Assembly (NCBI GenBank): GCA_951406725.2
Contig: OX597821.1
Location: forward strand, 31,558,001 to 31,622,000
From: Octopus vulgaris
Lineage: Eukaryota
Length of the DNA: 64,000 nucleotides
Reading direction: 5' to 3'
Shown: positions 36,540 to 50,190 of the stretch, piece by piece
How the letters are laid out: each line of letters starts with the position of its first letter
How positions within the stretch are numbered: position 1 is the stretch's first letter
Notes under the pieces: generated by a model
The model's database searches: none
The model's input: the letters and a program-made list of their open reading frames with translations, nothing else
Told to the model about the DNA's origin: nothing
Made by a program: the position numbers and the translations under genes

Positions 36540-37045
36540 AGTCCAGACAAGTAATGAACACCTAGGGGGAAACCAACGTTATACGGAGGATGAGGGCTGT
36601 TTCTCGCAGGGCTATTTTGGGGATAGTTTGTACAGTGAATATCCAGATATAAATTTTACGTTTTTGTTCATTTGATTTTTTATCATGCTGAACGCTCCAA
36701 TTATTACTGGTATTGTTTTTAACATCGTGCCCCACATCTTCAATGCTTCAGTTTCGAGTTCTTTGTACTTTGACAATTTCTTCGCTTTTTTGGACAATAA
36801 TTTGATCAGAATGGATAGCTATGTCTATCAGTAAGTAAGTGTTTTCTTTTTTCCAATCGTTCATGAATATATCTGGGAAATTAAAATCTTATGTAACAGT
36901 TCTACTGAGCACTCTATTCGAATTTCATTTAAAATCGATTTGATGCCTTCCGATGCTGCTCCCAAGGAACCAACAACAATGGCACCAACTTCACTTTCTT
37001 CGTTTTCCATAGCCGATCTATTTTGTACTTAAGACAGTTGTACAT
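36540..37045 (-). mobile_element. Old R4/Dong-type RLE C-terminal fragments
   Basis: KKLSKYKELETE..KMW...KTIPVIIGAF.MI, and a second relic RLWKTKKVK..IVVGSLGA. Confidence 0.65.
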
Positions 37046-37170
37046 TATTTACATTTGACAAATATTTGTCATCATCTTGTTTGTTGTTAAAAAAACGTTT
37101 CGAGGGATATAGCTTCCAGCCGTCATCAGGTGTCTTGGGGACATTTCGAACCTAGGTTCTCATTCCTATG
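37040..37170 (-). mobile_element. Short HHR-bearing repeat (family also at 41328-41497 and 42974-43077)
   Basis: Minus strand taggaatgagaacc.aggttcgaaat..ccccaagacacCTGATGAcggc...tcGAAACgtt...aacaacaaacaagatga; next to (TAA)n. Confidence 0.7.
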
Positions 37171-37214
37171 TTTTTTCAACGTTCTTCTCCTTCTTCTTCT
37201 TCTTCTTCTTCTTC

Positions 37215-37281
<67 letters not shown>

Positions 37282-37291
37282 CATCATTGTC

Positions 37292-38053
37292 ATTTACTTT
37301 TAATCTGCATGTTTGATGCAATCACCTGCCGGGGCACACCCAGCGCCCTAGGGCAAGTGAAGGTTAAGAGTTGTTGAAATATAGCTGAAAGCTTGGGGAG
37401 GGGAGTAGAGATATATCTCCATGTAATGCAAACACAAACATTTACATTGATAGGGTTTTTCTAAGGATGTGGGCAGTACTTGTTAGCACAATCTTTTGGA
37501 TTTCCTTGAGACATGGTTTTCCAGGGATATTGTCTAGGTGTTTCTGACATCCCTTTTTTATCATACCTAGGGCACCTACAATAACAGGAACAGTTTTTGT
37601 TTTAAGATTCCACATCCTCTGTATTTCGATTTCCAGGTCTTTATATTTACTAAGTTTGTCAAATTCCTTTACAGATACATTTTTATCAGTGGAGACGCTT
37701 ACTTCTATTAGTCTGCAGGTATTTTCTTCCCTATCTTTAACAATTATGTTTGGTCGATTAGCCTTGATCGTTCTGTCAGTGTTGACTGGAAAATCCCAGA
37801 GGATGGTGACATCTTTACCTTCAACAACTGGCTGAGGATGGTGTTCATACCAGTTAGTAGGAGTGTCGGATTTGTAGTGTTTACATATCTTCCAATGTAT
37901 ATACTGTCCTACCCTATCGTGGCGATTTTTGTATTCGTTTGGTATCAGCACAGGACATCCCGAAACGAGATGGTCTATTGTTTCGTCAAATGTGTCACAG
38001 AATCTGCATTTAGGGTCAGTACCGTTTCGAAGAACGTTAGCCTGGTAATTTCT

Positions 38054-38055
<2 letters not shown>
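37292..38055 (-). mobile_element. 5'-truncated R4/Dong-type RLE LINE
   Basis: CRFC..FDETIDH.., RHDRVGQYIHW, LWDFPV.TDRTIKANRPNII, KYKDLEIEI.RMW, IVGALG, HILRKTLSM*; (TAA)n at both ends. Confidence 0.9.
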
Positions 38056-38126
<71 letters not shown>

Positions 38127-38137
38127 TATTATTATTA

Positions 38138-40990
38138 TCATTCAGTAGTTTTATTTTTATAGCGTGCTTTCACCTCACTACCGAGCGCAGCTCTGTGTAC
38201 CTTGAGTATGTGCTGTGATTTGTTGTGATGCTCTGATGGTTATTGTATGAAAAGTGTTCTGCGTAGGATGTGTGCAGTGCCTAGTAGTGCAATTTTCTGT
38301 ATGTTATATGTGTTTGTAAGTCCTGGTGTTTTTGTTATGTATTTGTCTGAATATTTTTTTATCATGCCTAATGCACCTACTATGATAGGAATTGTTTCTG
38401 TTTTCAGATTCCACATTCTAGTTACCTCTATTTCCAGGTATTTGTATTTTGAGAGTTTCTCCATTTGTTTTAGAGACACGTTGTCATCCGCCGGTATTGA
38501 TACATCAATTAGAAAGCATTTTTTTCTTCATGATCTCTGACAACTATATCTGGTCTGTTGGCCTTAATTTCTCTATCTGTGTGTATCGGCATATCCCAGA
38601 GTATGGTTGCTTTCTCGTTTTCTGTGACCTTTTCTGGTGTGTGCCTATACCATCTTTTTTCTGTTGTTATTCCATAATGTTGGCATAGCTTCCAATGTAT
38701 GTAGGTTCCAACTCTGTCATGTCTGTGAATATATTCCTTCTTAGCCAGGACTGGGCAGCTAGAGATAATATGATTTATTGTTTCTTGTCCATCTCCACAT
38801 ATTCTGCAGTTACTTGTAATATTTCTTTTCATTACATGTTTTTGCTAATTTCTGGTGGGGAGGCTTTGGTCTTGTGCTGCAATTAAAAATCCCTCTGTTT
38901 CTGCTTTGCGTCCTGAGCTTCTCAACCATTGCTGGGATTTTTCTTTGTCTATTTCTTTTGCGTTTAGTTTAGTCCAGTATTTACCATGAAGGAGCTTTTC
39001 TTGCCATCGTTTTATCATGGTTCGTTGCTGTTCTATTTTTAGTTTGGATTTCATTTTTTTATAGCTTTTGTTGTTTCTTCATCTTCTTCTTCTTCTTCAT
39101 GTTTATTAGGTGGTATGATTTCTTGTTTGTATTTGTCAGCTTCCTTAAATACTGAGAACAGTTTTTTGTTTTGCTCGTGTTTTGCCGCTATCTGGATCAG
39201 TTTTCCTTCCTTCTGAAGTAGATATTTTTGCAGTCCTATGGTGGTTATTTTATAGTAGTTTTCCAGCTGTATAAGGCCTCTACCACCCTCCATACGTTGT
39301 ATATATAGTCTTTCTATGTCAGATTTTGGGTGATGCATCCTAGATCCTGTCATTATTTTTCTTGTTTTCCTGTTTATTTTGGTCAGTTCATTTCGTGTCC
39401 AGTTAAGGATATTGTAGCTGTAACTTATAACTGGGACAGCTAAAGTGTTGATACCTATTATCTTGTTTTTAGCATTGAGTTCTGTGTTTAGTATTGATCT
39501 AACTCGTCTATAATATTCTTTTTTTATTTTCTCTTTCATTTGTGTGTGTTGTGTCTTATCTAGTTCATGGATTCCTAAGTATTTGTAAGTTTGGCTTTGG
39601 TCTAATTCTTTTATTTCATTTGCTTCATCTAGTGTGATGTTGTTACTCTTAACTAGTTTTCCTCTTTTCATGGTTACTTTGGCGCATTTTTCTAATCCAA
39701 ATTTCATATCTATTTCTTTGGTAAATCCATGAACTGTCTTTAATAGTGTTTCCAGCTGTTTGTCATTTGCAGCGTATAGTTTTAGGTCATCCATATATAA
39801 AAGGTGGCTGATCGTTTTGCCGTAACATTTATATCCGCATCCAGTTCTATTTAGCATATCAGACAGAGGTGACAGTGCCAAGCAGAAAAGGAGTGGAGAG
39901 AGCGTATCTCCCTGGAATATTCCTCTTCTAATGGGGATGTCTTTGGTTTTCATGAGTCCCTCTTTTGTTTGGAGGTGTAGGACTGTTTGCCATTTATTCA
40001 TAGAGTGCTCTATGAATTTTATGATTGTTGGTGCTACTTTGTTAATGGCTAGTGTTTCGAGGATCCATGTGTGGGGGATGCTATCAAACGCCTTTATGTA
40101 GTCAATCCAGGCCATACTGAGGCATTTCTTCTTTCTGTGGCTGTCTTCAGTTATGGCTTTATTAATCATTAGTTGATCTTTACAGCCATATGAGCCTTTG
40201 CGGCATCCTTTCTGCTCTTCTGGGAACAGTTTGTTTTCGTCCAGGTGCTTGTTCAGCCTTTGTGATATCACTGCAGTAAATGCCTTGAACATAGTAGGGA
40301 GGCAGGTTATTGGTCTGTAGTTTTCTGGTTTTTCTGTTTCATTTGATTTGGGAATTAAGATGGTTTTCCCCTTCGTGAGCTATTCAGGCATTGTCTCTGG
40401 CTCTGCTAGTACGTTGTTAAAGTTTTCAGCCAGCTTTTTGTGCATTCCTGTTAGATATTTCAACCAGAAGTTGGGGATCTTGTCATGCCCAGGTGCCTTC
40501 CAGTTGCTTAGTCTTTGCAGTGTCTGGGTGACCTCTTCAGTTGTTATGGGGGTCCAAATTTGTTCAGATGCCGAGTTTGTTATTTTGATACTCCTTTTTT
40601 TTGGTGGTTCGTTCGCCGACCATATTTCTCCCCAGAATTCTTCCAATTCTTCTGCCGTTGGTGCTGCAGTGACTTCTATTTTATTTTTGCCCAGTTCTTG
40701 GTAGAACTTTTTGGGGTTGGAGTTGAACTTTTTGTTTTCTTCAAAGAAGCGTTGGCGTTTCTTGTACCGGCGGATCCTTTGTGCTTTGGCAAGGATATCT
40801 TGCTTCAGCTTTTCTTTTATTTCAGGCAAATCTTTTTCTGTGATGTTATATTTGCGGAGTATTTTTGTTCTCTTTTTGTTGCTCAGTAGCGTTGATTCTT
40901 TGCTGATTTCATTAAGAATCGACAGGTCTTTTCTATTTTTTTTATTTTGCTCTGGATGTTATTTATCCACAGGGTTTGTTTGGGTGGTGG
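38138..40990 (-). mobile_element. R4/Dong-type RLE LINE, ~2.85 kb, with RT, Zn knuckle and RLE (disrupted)
   Basis: NWKAPGHDKI, EQKGCRKG, WIDYIKAFDSIPH, RGIFQGDTLSPLLF, HLLYMDDLKL, FGLEKC, YKYLG, CRIC..ETINHIISSC, NRPDIV; several stops and frameshifts; flanked by (TAA)n. Confidence 0.95.
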
Positions 40991-41014
40991 TATTATTATT
41001 ATTATTGGGTGGTG

Positions 41015-41086
<72 letters not shown>

Positions 41087-41186
41087 GGAATATCGATGTC
41101 GGAATCCTGGGGTTGGTAGCCCGGGCTCTTAACCACTACTTCCTGCAAGCACTCCTCTAGCTGTTGAGCTATACTATAAAGGCATA

Positions 41187-41264
41187 TGGCGGGGTGGTTA
41201 AGAGCGCAGACTACTAACCTTAAGATTCCGAGTTCGATTCCAGGCATTGAACTGAATAATAATA

Positions 41265-41327
<63 letters not shown>
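41187..41327 (+). mobile_element. Short tRNA-derived SINE with (AAT)n tail
   Basis: A-box tggcggggtggttaagagcg, B-box gagttcgattcc, then (AAT)n; related decayed copies at 41085-41140 (minus) and 31938-31975 (plus). Confidence 0.7.
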
Positions 41328-41328
<1 letters not shown>

Positions 41329-41497
41329 CTTAGGAATGAGAACCCAGGTTCGAAATTTCTCCAAGGCATCTGATGAAGGCCGAGACGTTGTGTTAACAAC
41401 AAACAAGATGAGAACAAGTATCCGCCAAATGTAAATAATGTAAATAATGTAGATAGTTAGTCATCTCTTAAATATAGAACTGTATTAAGAGGGTTGT
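41328..41497 (+). mobile_element. Short repeat with collapsed hammerhead (41365-41394)
   Basis: GGCAU-CUGAUGA-AGGCC-GAGACGUU-GUGUU; helix II loop deleted relative to the 37040-37170 copy. Confidence 0.65.
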
Positions 41498-41854
41498 ATC
41501 AATCTGTCTTTTCGCCTTCCTTCTTGATTATTCGCGGGTCAAAGGGACATGTAACATCAACTATGCATATGTGATGTCCCTTGTCCACCATCAAGAGGGC
41601 TAGTGAGTTATGCCCTGGAGAGCATTTCTAACCCCACCTGTATTCTTCTTTTTCACCATGTATCTTTTCTTTTGCCATCTCCATTATTTTTATTTTCCTT
41701 GAAATGAACACCTACATTTTCTGCTACAACAGTACTTGCTGCCTTGATCAGATTGCTTGTTTCTGTGATGCTTTTGTTCTGATGTATTTCAGAATTTCAT
41801 TCACATTTTCGTTTCGGGGTTCAAGAAATTATTATTATTCTTTTTTTCCCTTCA

Positions 41855-41952
41855 TTATTCAAATTTTCTTCCGTTTCTCGCCCAGCGGTTTCCACACACC
41901 TAGGGCAGAGAAGCTCATTGTATGCATTCCCAGATTACATATGTATCTAAAA
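41855..41952 (-). mobile_element. Isolated 3' UTR of R4/Dong-type LINE
   Basis: Reverse complement resembles 33255-33325 (atgagcttctctgccctagg...gaaatggaag.aaatttgaa); embedded in (TAT)n. Confidence 0.75.
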
Positions 41953-41958
41953 ATTATT

Positions 41959-42042
<84 letters not shown>

Positions 42043-44438
42043 ATTATAATTATTATTATTATTGCTTTTAGCGTTTTTGTATTAATTGCGGCTCTGGCTT
42101 TTGCTTTGCTTTTGGCGACTTTTGTATTAGATAAATAAGATTTTAACATTTCAATGTCTCCTAAGGAAATGTGGGGATTCAAATTAAAATACGGAATCGA
42201 TTGCCACGCTATTCCACATCCATAACATTATGGATTCACCCAATAAAGAGATACTAATTTGGATGATGGAAACATTTTTTACATTCTCAATATTTTCGAA
42301 TAAAATCTTGTTACAATGGAGAGAAAACTAGGAGGTAAGTGAAATTTGAAATAATCTTTTAAAGACATGATGTCAAACATTGACATATCGGAAGATAATA
42401 GAAACAGTAAAGTTTTAATGTACTCGGGATGGGATAAACAAAAATAACATAGTCAATGCAAACAATAAAAAAAAATCTTTGCCATATCTCAAGGCATACA
42501 GATGATTTGCACATGCAGCATTCATTTACAAACGTAAGGAATGATTTATTTCTAATGATTATGGAGAATCTTATTCCTCTGGGTAAGACTCATAGTGAGA
42601 TGAATAATGTTTTTTCAAAGACCATACAAGATAGTAAAGCTATGATTTTTTCGTATTCCTTTATGATAGGCCATATATACATCATTTTGCTAATATTATG
42701 TGTATATAAGATTACTATTACCTCTTGTGATGTCATGATTCTTCTTAATAATATGAAAATTTCTCATTTGTTTTTGGTAGCAATTTTAATGCAAAGTGCT
42801 CAGTGTGATTACAAGTTGTATTTCTGTAAATTGCAAACACTCAAAACCAGTGTTGGACCCAATCATTACATTTTCTAAGTTCCAGTAATCCCTATGAATG
42901 TATTTACTTCAAAGACCTGGAACCGATTCGGATTTATGAAAATCACTGTTCACAAATATGTTTTGACTTACTCAACAACAAACAAGTTGAGAAAAAATAT
43001 CCGTCAAACGTAAATAATGTAAATAGTGTAGATAATTAGTCATCTCTTAAATATAGAACTGTATTAAGAGGGTTGTATATCTCAAAGAACTAAATTTTTA
43101 TAGTAGTAAATGTAGCAAGTATATCCTGTGCGTAATCGTACAAAAGCCCTTATAACTGTGCTGCTCACACGTCATATAAAGACATTTAACATCAAAGATG
43201 TTATTTAGAACTTAATGTGACCTATACGATCGATAGTTCTGTATATAAAATCCCCAAACACAAGCGAAGAAAATATAGCACTATATTTGATTTTAAAGAA
43301 GAGAAAGCTTATCTTTGCTTCAAATGGAAAGGTAATGTAAACTACAAAATGTGAAATTAATAGCTCAATAACTTCAATTTAGATCCACTAGCTATAATGA
43401 AAGTCGTCTCCATATACCTCCTGCAGAAATTGATGGAATTTAACATAATATACTAGAGAAAATACATGAAGTGAAATCAGAATATGAATGCATATGAATA
43501 CATGAAGTCAAAACAGAATATTTTACATTTGAGCATTTCACAAACTAGAGAGCTACAAACAAACAGAGTTCCAACAACCATTGACTAGACATTCTGAATC
43601 ATTTTCTTTTGGAATTTAGATGAACTATATCCTGAAGCAAAATCTTGAACCGATTCCCTGAAAAATTCCATACCAACAGACTCGATCAAACACATGTGAA
43701 CTGGACTATCGTTGCCATCTCACCCACAGAGCTGATCAACTTTGTGGTGCACAAAGCTTGTTTACAATCATATATGTTGTGAAGATTGATAATACAACGA
43801 GAGCAACATGTTGTTACAACCGAGATATCTGAATTTAATTTCGTCCGTACGAAGTGAATTAGAAAACAGCTCTCTGGTTTTGCAAGGAAAGACGAATAAA
43901 ATATACATTATTTTGATCATGAGAGTGTTTAAAGCAATGGCTGTACACTTTCGATGCTTTTAATGTGAGGGTGGACTAGTGGTTGATGTGAACGGTAAGA
44001 GACGTGAGAAGTTGGTGTCGAATAATCTGTGTCGGGAAGTCGATGTGCGATGGTTGATATGCATGAGTTAGTGCGGAACACTTGACACAGTAGTTAACGC
44101 CGAGGGACGGCCGGCTGAGACGGTGGATGACAGGCGGTTGATGAGAACAGTAACGGAGTAAGGAAGAACATTTCAGTTAATTGATATTTTATTTTATTTA
44201 GATGACACCCTTTAGATTTTCAGTCCATTCTGCATACCTTCCTGGCAGGTCATTGTATAGGCCGTTTTTATGTGCATATATATATCTTTTACGTTCTGTG
44301 TTTTTATGTATATATTTCTTATATGTTCAAAGGCCTTCGTAATATTTGTATAGCATCAAATGGTTGGAGGCGTGGTGTTATGTGTAAACTCATTGACTAG
44401 AATTTGATGTTCGTTCCCTGATCAGTGTTTATCATATA

Positions 44439-44475
<37 letters not shown>

Positions 44476-44517
44476 CTATATATTTGTATATATATATATA
44501 TATATATATATAATTTG

Positions 44518-44594
<77 letters not shown>

Positions 44595-46113
44595 TGGAAA
44601 ATAAAACGAATGATTTACACCTGGTAGTGCATGGTCACATTCAGAGCGATTGTTTTATACTAATGAATATGATAAATTCTCGTGCACAGAAAAAGCAAAA
44701 TACTCCGTGCTGAATCTCTGTATAAGTACAAATCTTGTATATAAATATAACGTGCACACAAGGGAGCTTTAAGACAAAAAAAATAAGAGAGAAGAGGAGA
44801 CAGAAAGAGAAAATTGAAAAATGAGCTACTAATTGTTTCATTCCCGGAAGCGCAATAATTCCTGTTGTTCATGCACTTTGTCACTCAATGATGTTGTCTT
44901 TTTATCTCTGCATGGAGTACATATTACATATTTTGTTGCCTCGACAAATTACAGAACTTTGAAAGAGTATATATATATTAATTCGTTTTCACAGATTCCT
45001 GATGGGAAACTATGCTGAAATAAATATTGATGTATTTCGGGATAGCACTATTTTTTCTTCAATCGTTTTTTACTGTTATTTTATTACTTTACCGCCACTC
45101 GTTTGTCCGGAATTCTTTCGTCAAATATCTGTGAACTCATCAGCGACACTTTTCGTTGTTGCTCCACTTACCCATTTATGCGCGGAAATGTGTGTCTTTA
45201 TGTGTTCGGTTTTTTGTCCTTGCTTGTTTGTGTGTGTACGTGTATGAGTGTGCGTTTGTGTGTGTGTGTCATAGGTTCTAGCACCAGTTTGGGCTACCCC
45301 TCAGCCGCAACCCACTGTGCTGAAAGTTACACATCCCTGCATTCCTCTGTGTATGTGTGTTCGTCCACATCGTTGCCATCGTGGTAGTGGGTTTCTCGTT
45401 ATTGACATCGGCGACACCATCGCTGCTGCTGACATCGTTGGCATCGTGTGTCCGTTCATGAGATTTCATGTGTGTGTTTGTTTGTAGGGGTGAGATCGCC
45501 TCGTATGTATCCATGCCCTGTTATATAGATTTATTTCTTAATATTATCAATCCCTGTCTTATATTTTTCACAGGTAGGGTGAAGATATATTCATATACAA
45601 TGCACAGGTGTTAAAATAATGAAACAACAGTAATAATCGAGTTAAGAAAAAATATAGTGCCTGCGTTCATCTGTCAAACAAAATCTAATAATAAATAAAT
45701 TGACAAGATATGCAACAAATGATATATCTATACCCTCTAGTCTTTCATAGTTCCGTTATAAGTAGAGGCAATAAAATACATATACATATATGAAACATAT
45801 ATATGTATATATATATGACATGTTTTGAAGATATTTTGCATGGATAATTGTAGCTGCTATCAGATTATTTCAACGGAAATAAGTTATATCGTTAAATACG
45901 AGTCTTGTATCATCCTTAATAACAATGATATTTTTGTAGCAATTTTTTTATATAAGAATTATATCCTGAAGTACCTCCTGAATATTTACTATCGTATTGT
46001 AAGGCAATCAGCTATCTCAGCTAGATTGATTGACCTAAGTTTTCCAATTTTAACAAACCAATTTTTATCTCCGCAAAATACAAATGGTGTTACTTTATAG
46101 TAAATTCTACCGT

Positions 46114-46194
<81 letters not shown>

Positions 46195-48293
46195 GTGGGC
46201 TTGTTCAATTTTACTTCTGACCATTCTCTGAAGTTTAACGTCCATCAATGGGGAGTCAATCATCTTAATCACTTGAGAATTGGTGCCCTGGATTCTACCT
46301 ATTTTATAATGTGTAGTAAATGTTTGACTTCCTGAAGTAAAACAGTATGAGGTTTATTTTGGAAAGGATTGACAGATAACCACTTCAATAATTGCTTTAT
46401 AATAAACGAAATACCACAAAATAATCGATGTAAATATATAATTTGAGAACAGGTATATGAAAATATAGTTATTGTATATGAAGAAATATAAACATTACAG
46501 TACAGTAAAGAAATACTTTTTCGAAGATGCATTTACGTATATAATATGAAGAAACCGATAATCACTGAAATAATGCAAATGTACTTCAAGAAACACTTGA
46601 TATGAAGTAAATGCCTGAGTGTATAAACAATAAATCCAATTAAAATGTTCCTCTACATTACAGTATTTAAAAGTATGCTAGTATTTAATTTTAACTGAAA
46701 ACTAACATATAGACTCACACACAATGGTACACACCACACACGCAGACAGATACGCACAAGCATGCACACACATATTAACATACACACAAAACAATATCAA
46801 GTGGTCCCATTGTGCAATTCTTTTCAGTATTTAACACATATTCACAAATTTTAGTTTATTTGTATGGAATATGTTATTTCATAAAGTCTGTTTTCTATTT
46901 TTTTCCTCTGACAATAATCTAAAATATCATTGACCAGACTTTCTACAATATCAGCCAGGTAGCTTGGTAGAACTGTGAGAGTGCCAGTCAAAGTATCTTC
47001 AAACATTTGCTCAGGCTCTTTACGGTAATATTTGCCATTCAACATTCGGGATCCCATATAACAAAGTACCAAATATTATCAAATCAGACAATATGATAGT
47101 GACAGAGGCAATTAATTGTTTATATCCAGTCCATTGTTCTGTTATCACAGAAGTTTCATGCAAGTGAATTCGTATAGCAAACGATCAGTTTCTTCTTTAT
47201 GCTAACAGTGGTATTCAAATAGAATCATTTGTGCTTTTAAATACTTGAGTTTGCTTTAGTTCTTAGTCTAAAACTGCTTTTCAGTAAAAAGTCTTCATAT
47301 CTTACACTATCTTTGTCTTGATTATATTTCTATGTTTGTGGTTTATATAATGGCTTATTTTTCTATTTTTTATTATATGATACGTTTTCTATTTACAGTG
47401 ATCGCTTATATTACATACATTACTCTTCAATTCATTGTTTCCTTTTGCATCTGACGATGTTAAAAGTCTTCGTTCATTACATGTCTGAGTAAATTAGTTA
47501 CATTAAAAAATGATGTCAAAGAGAGGTTCTCTATGAACTCTTTTGATGTGTTAGAGTGAGAAAAGAACCACATTCATACATATTACACCTGACCTGCTTT
47601 CATTTCTAAAGAAGTATTGTATTTCGCGTTCCTAAATATTGGAAATTAATGATTCAGTTATAGTATTCCATTCAATTATACTATTGTATTCAACTTCTTT
47701 CAGGTCGTCTAACCTGAAGGTAAAACACTATATTAGTATTTCGAATAAGAATATCCCCTCTTACTTGCATTATTGTTCCAGTAAATAATTAGGAAATCTG
47801 CATATATATTTGTAATCAGTAAACTGTACAAACCAACGTTTGAATATTAACAATCTACGAGACCGATAGAGGATGTCGCACAAAGATAAAGGAGAACACT
47901 GAACGAAAAATGTAAAGAGGTGAATATAGCAGCAGCTCGTAAAAGACAGAATATTTTACTTTAAATTTCGACTATTTTATGCAAGAACACAATAGTTCTT
48001 ATTTATAACAAATTTATGAGGCAGTGTACGTTAAGTGTATTAATAAATGACATAACACATCGTTCTTGGATATGTTAGTTGAATAAGTTAAATGGAAGTT
48101 TCTGAAAATATGTAAAATGCTTTCAGACAGTATTATGTCCATCATGCTATTGGCCTTCACCTCATGAGGAACTCATATATTCATAACTGTGCCGGTTGTA
48201 TGGAGAAACAATATTATATGTGTGGTTCGACATCAAAAAAGGAAAATAACATTTATTATCTTATATAAATTGTAGCAACCCGAGGAATAATAT

Positions 48294-48375
<82 letters not shown>

Positions 48376-48409
48376 TGAAAAAATGTGTCCTCTGTTTTAG
48401 ATTATTGCG

Positions 48410-48960
48410 CAGATATGGGGAAAAGATATGGCCAAACTAAACCGTATTCCTAAATCTAATTCATGTGTGTGTATGTGAAATAAAATGAGCAATAAATCCA
48501 AGGTTGTGTGGGATTTATAGAGCATGGATTAAGAGAATGGTAGTGATACAGCTCTTTCCGAGATATTAGGGATATCCCTTCATCAGAGAAGATAGGCGAG
48601 AGTTAACTAGAGAGAAATAGTAGAGTTCAAAATAAGGAGTTATTTTGGAAAATATTGGAGGTATAACGGGAAATAAGGGAATGGCAATAAAAGTAAAAAT
48701 ATATGTAGAATGTTTCAGCTGCAGTTCCATTATACAAGGAAAGTGTTCGTTAGAATGAGTAGAAATGCTTCTTGTCCATGGTATGTAGATTTCGACAGGA
48801 GTTCATATTTTGTTCTTATCTCAGAGCGGAGACATAAATTCCACGTGTTGTTCATTCAAAGGGGCCTTGCAGTGTGAATGGACGTACTGGTAGGGGTACG
48901 TAGATAGAAAGAAGAGAATAGATACGTATGTTAGGAGGAGAATAGTATTAGTCAAAAGGA
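48410..48960 (-). mobile_element. Old PLE 3' remnant with degenerate hammerhead (48546-48588)
   Basis: Minus strand CUGAUGA-A-GGGAUAU(cccua)AUAUCUC-G-GAAAGAGCUGUA; same layout as 1657-1705. Confidence 0.5.
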
Positions 48961-49163
48961 ATAGGGGAGGAAAGAAGAAAGAAAGGGGAAGAAAAACTGA
49001 AAAACAGAGTGCTAGATAGAGGTCTAGATAGAGTGATGAATTAGAGAGAGAAAGACAGATGTGTATATAGATATATACACACCCGCACACATATACATAT
49101 AAATGTGTATACGCATTATTATATAGGTTCGCATACTTATGTACCAATATCCATACGCATATC

Positions 49164-49217
<54 letters not shown>

Positions 49218-49254
49218 CATACACACACGCATATATATACATGTATACACAAAT

Positions 49255-49312
<58 letters not shown>

Positions 49313-49589
49313 AAATGGAGGGAGTGTCATTAGGACAATATATGCATAAGTTGTGCTCTTACGAAAATGGACTACGGCCGAGTTACGTATCTTGGGAAGT
49401 TGCTCACGTTGCACCGCGCATGCCACCTAAAAGTAACACTGACATATTCTACTAGGAAGGAAAAAAGGCTGACAGGACGTTTTTATTTGCAGCCGACACT
49501 GTTAGTACACATATTGGGATTGAAATAATATGTTGTGCAGTGTAAACAAAGAATACTATGGTTAATTAGAGATGGCCAAAGGAAGACGA

Positions 49590-50190
49590 GAGTATCACTT
49601 ATCTCCTAAGTGAGAGTTGTATACTAGCACAAAAGAGTAGAAATGCAAGCATGACTGTGTAGGTGAAGAGTACATTGGGATATTAGTTAATTGTGAGGCT
49701 TCAAAATAACAGAAAAGTAGTATGAACTGGAACGAGGGATAGTCATAGAGGAGAGTTACATGATCTAATAGGACTTCCTCGTAGACATTGGCAATACTAC
49801 AAGAAGACCAGGTAGGATTAGAGAGGACGAAATGTACATTGGTAGATCATAGACTTTGCAATTCATTTTGGTAACAGAGTCGATACCAAATAATTTCAAA
49901 AGACAGTGATATATCAGAATTTAGCCAGAGAACTAGAGAGATTGTGGAGGAATAAGACAGCAATAATCCTTGAAGTAACTGACGCACTTGGCACAGCACA
50001 TGAAAAGATAGCGGAAATATTGAAAGACAATGGGTCTAAGATTCTATTGTCGACTTGCAGTAAAGTTCTGTGCTGTATTCTGCAAGATTCTTGAGGAAGA
50101 ACCGTGCAATTTTAGCGGTTCTTGTTGTCAACCAACCTTCAGTAAAGATTCCTACTAATTAACTAGCGTGTACTAGCTTCATAATAAAAA
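49590..50190 (+). mobile_element. Heavily decayed RLE LINE 3' portion
   Basis: ILAQK..HDCVG..VHW-like segment and YQNLARELERLW...DALGT. Confidence 0.6.

Noticed and set aside
41187-41256. Functional tRNA gene
   Set aside because: A and B boxes are present but the anticodon and acceptor stems do not pair well and it runs into (AAT)n; treated as a SINE head.
43440-44160. Possible gag-like relic (RESVQDFAS) and GC-richer block
   Set aside because: Similarity too short to distinguish from chance.
46851-47130. 73-aa minus-strand ORF with protein-like composition
   Set aside because: No recognisable motif or convincing splice pair; cannot be supported without a search.
47690-47725. Possible micro-exon ttctttcag|gtcgtctaacctgaag|gtaaaa
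   Set aside because: Such signals arise by chance in 64 kb of AT-rich DNA; there is no linked exon evidence.
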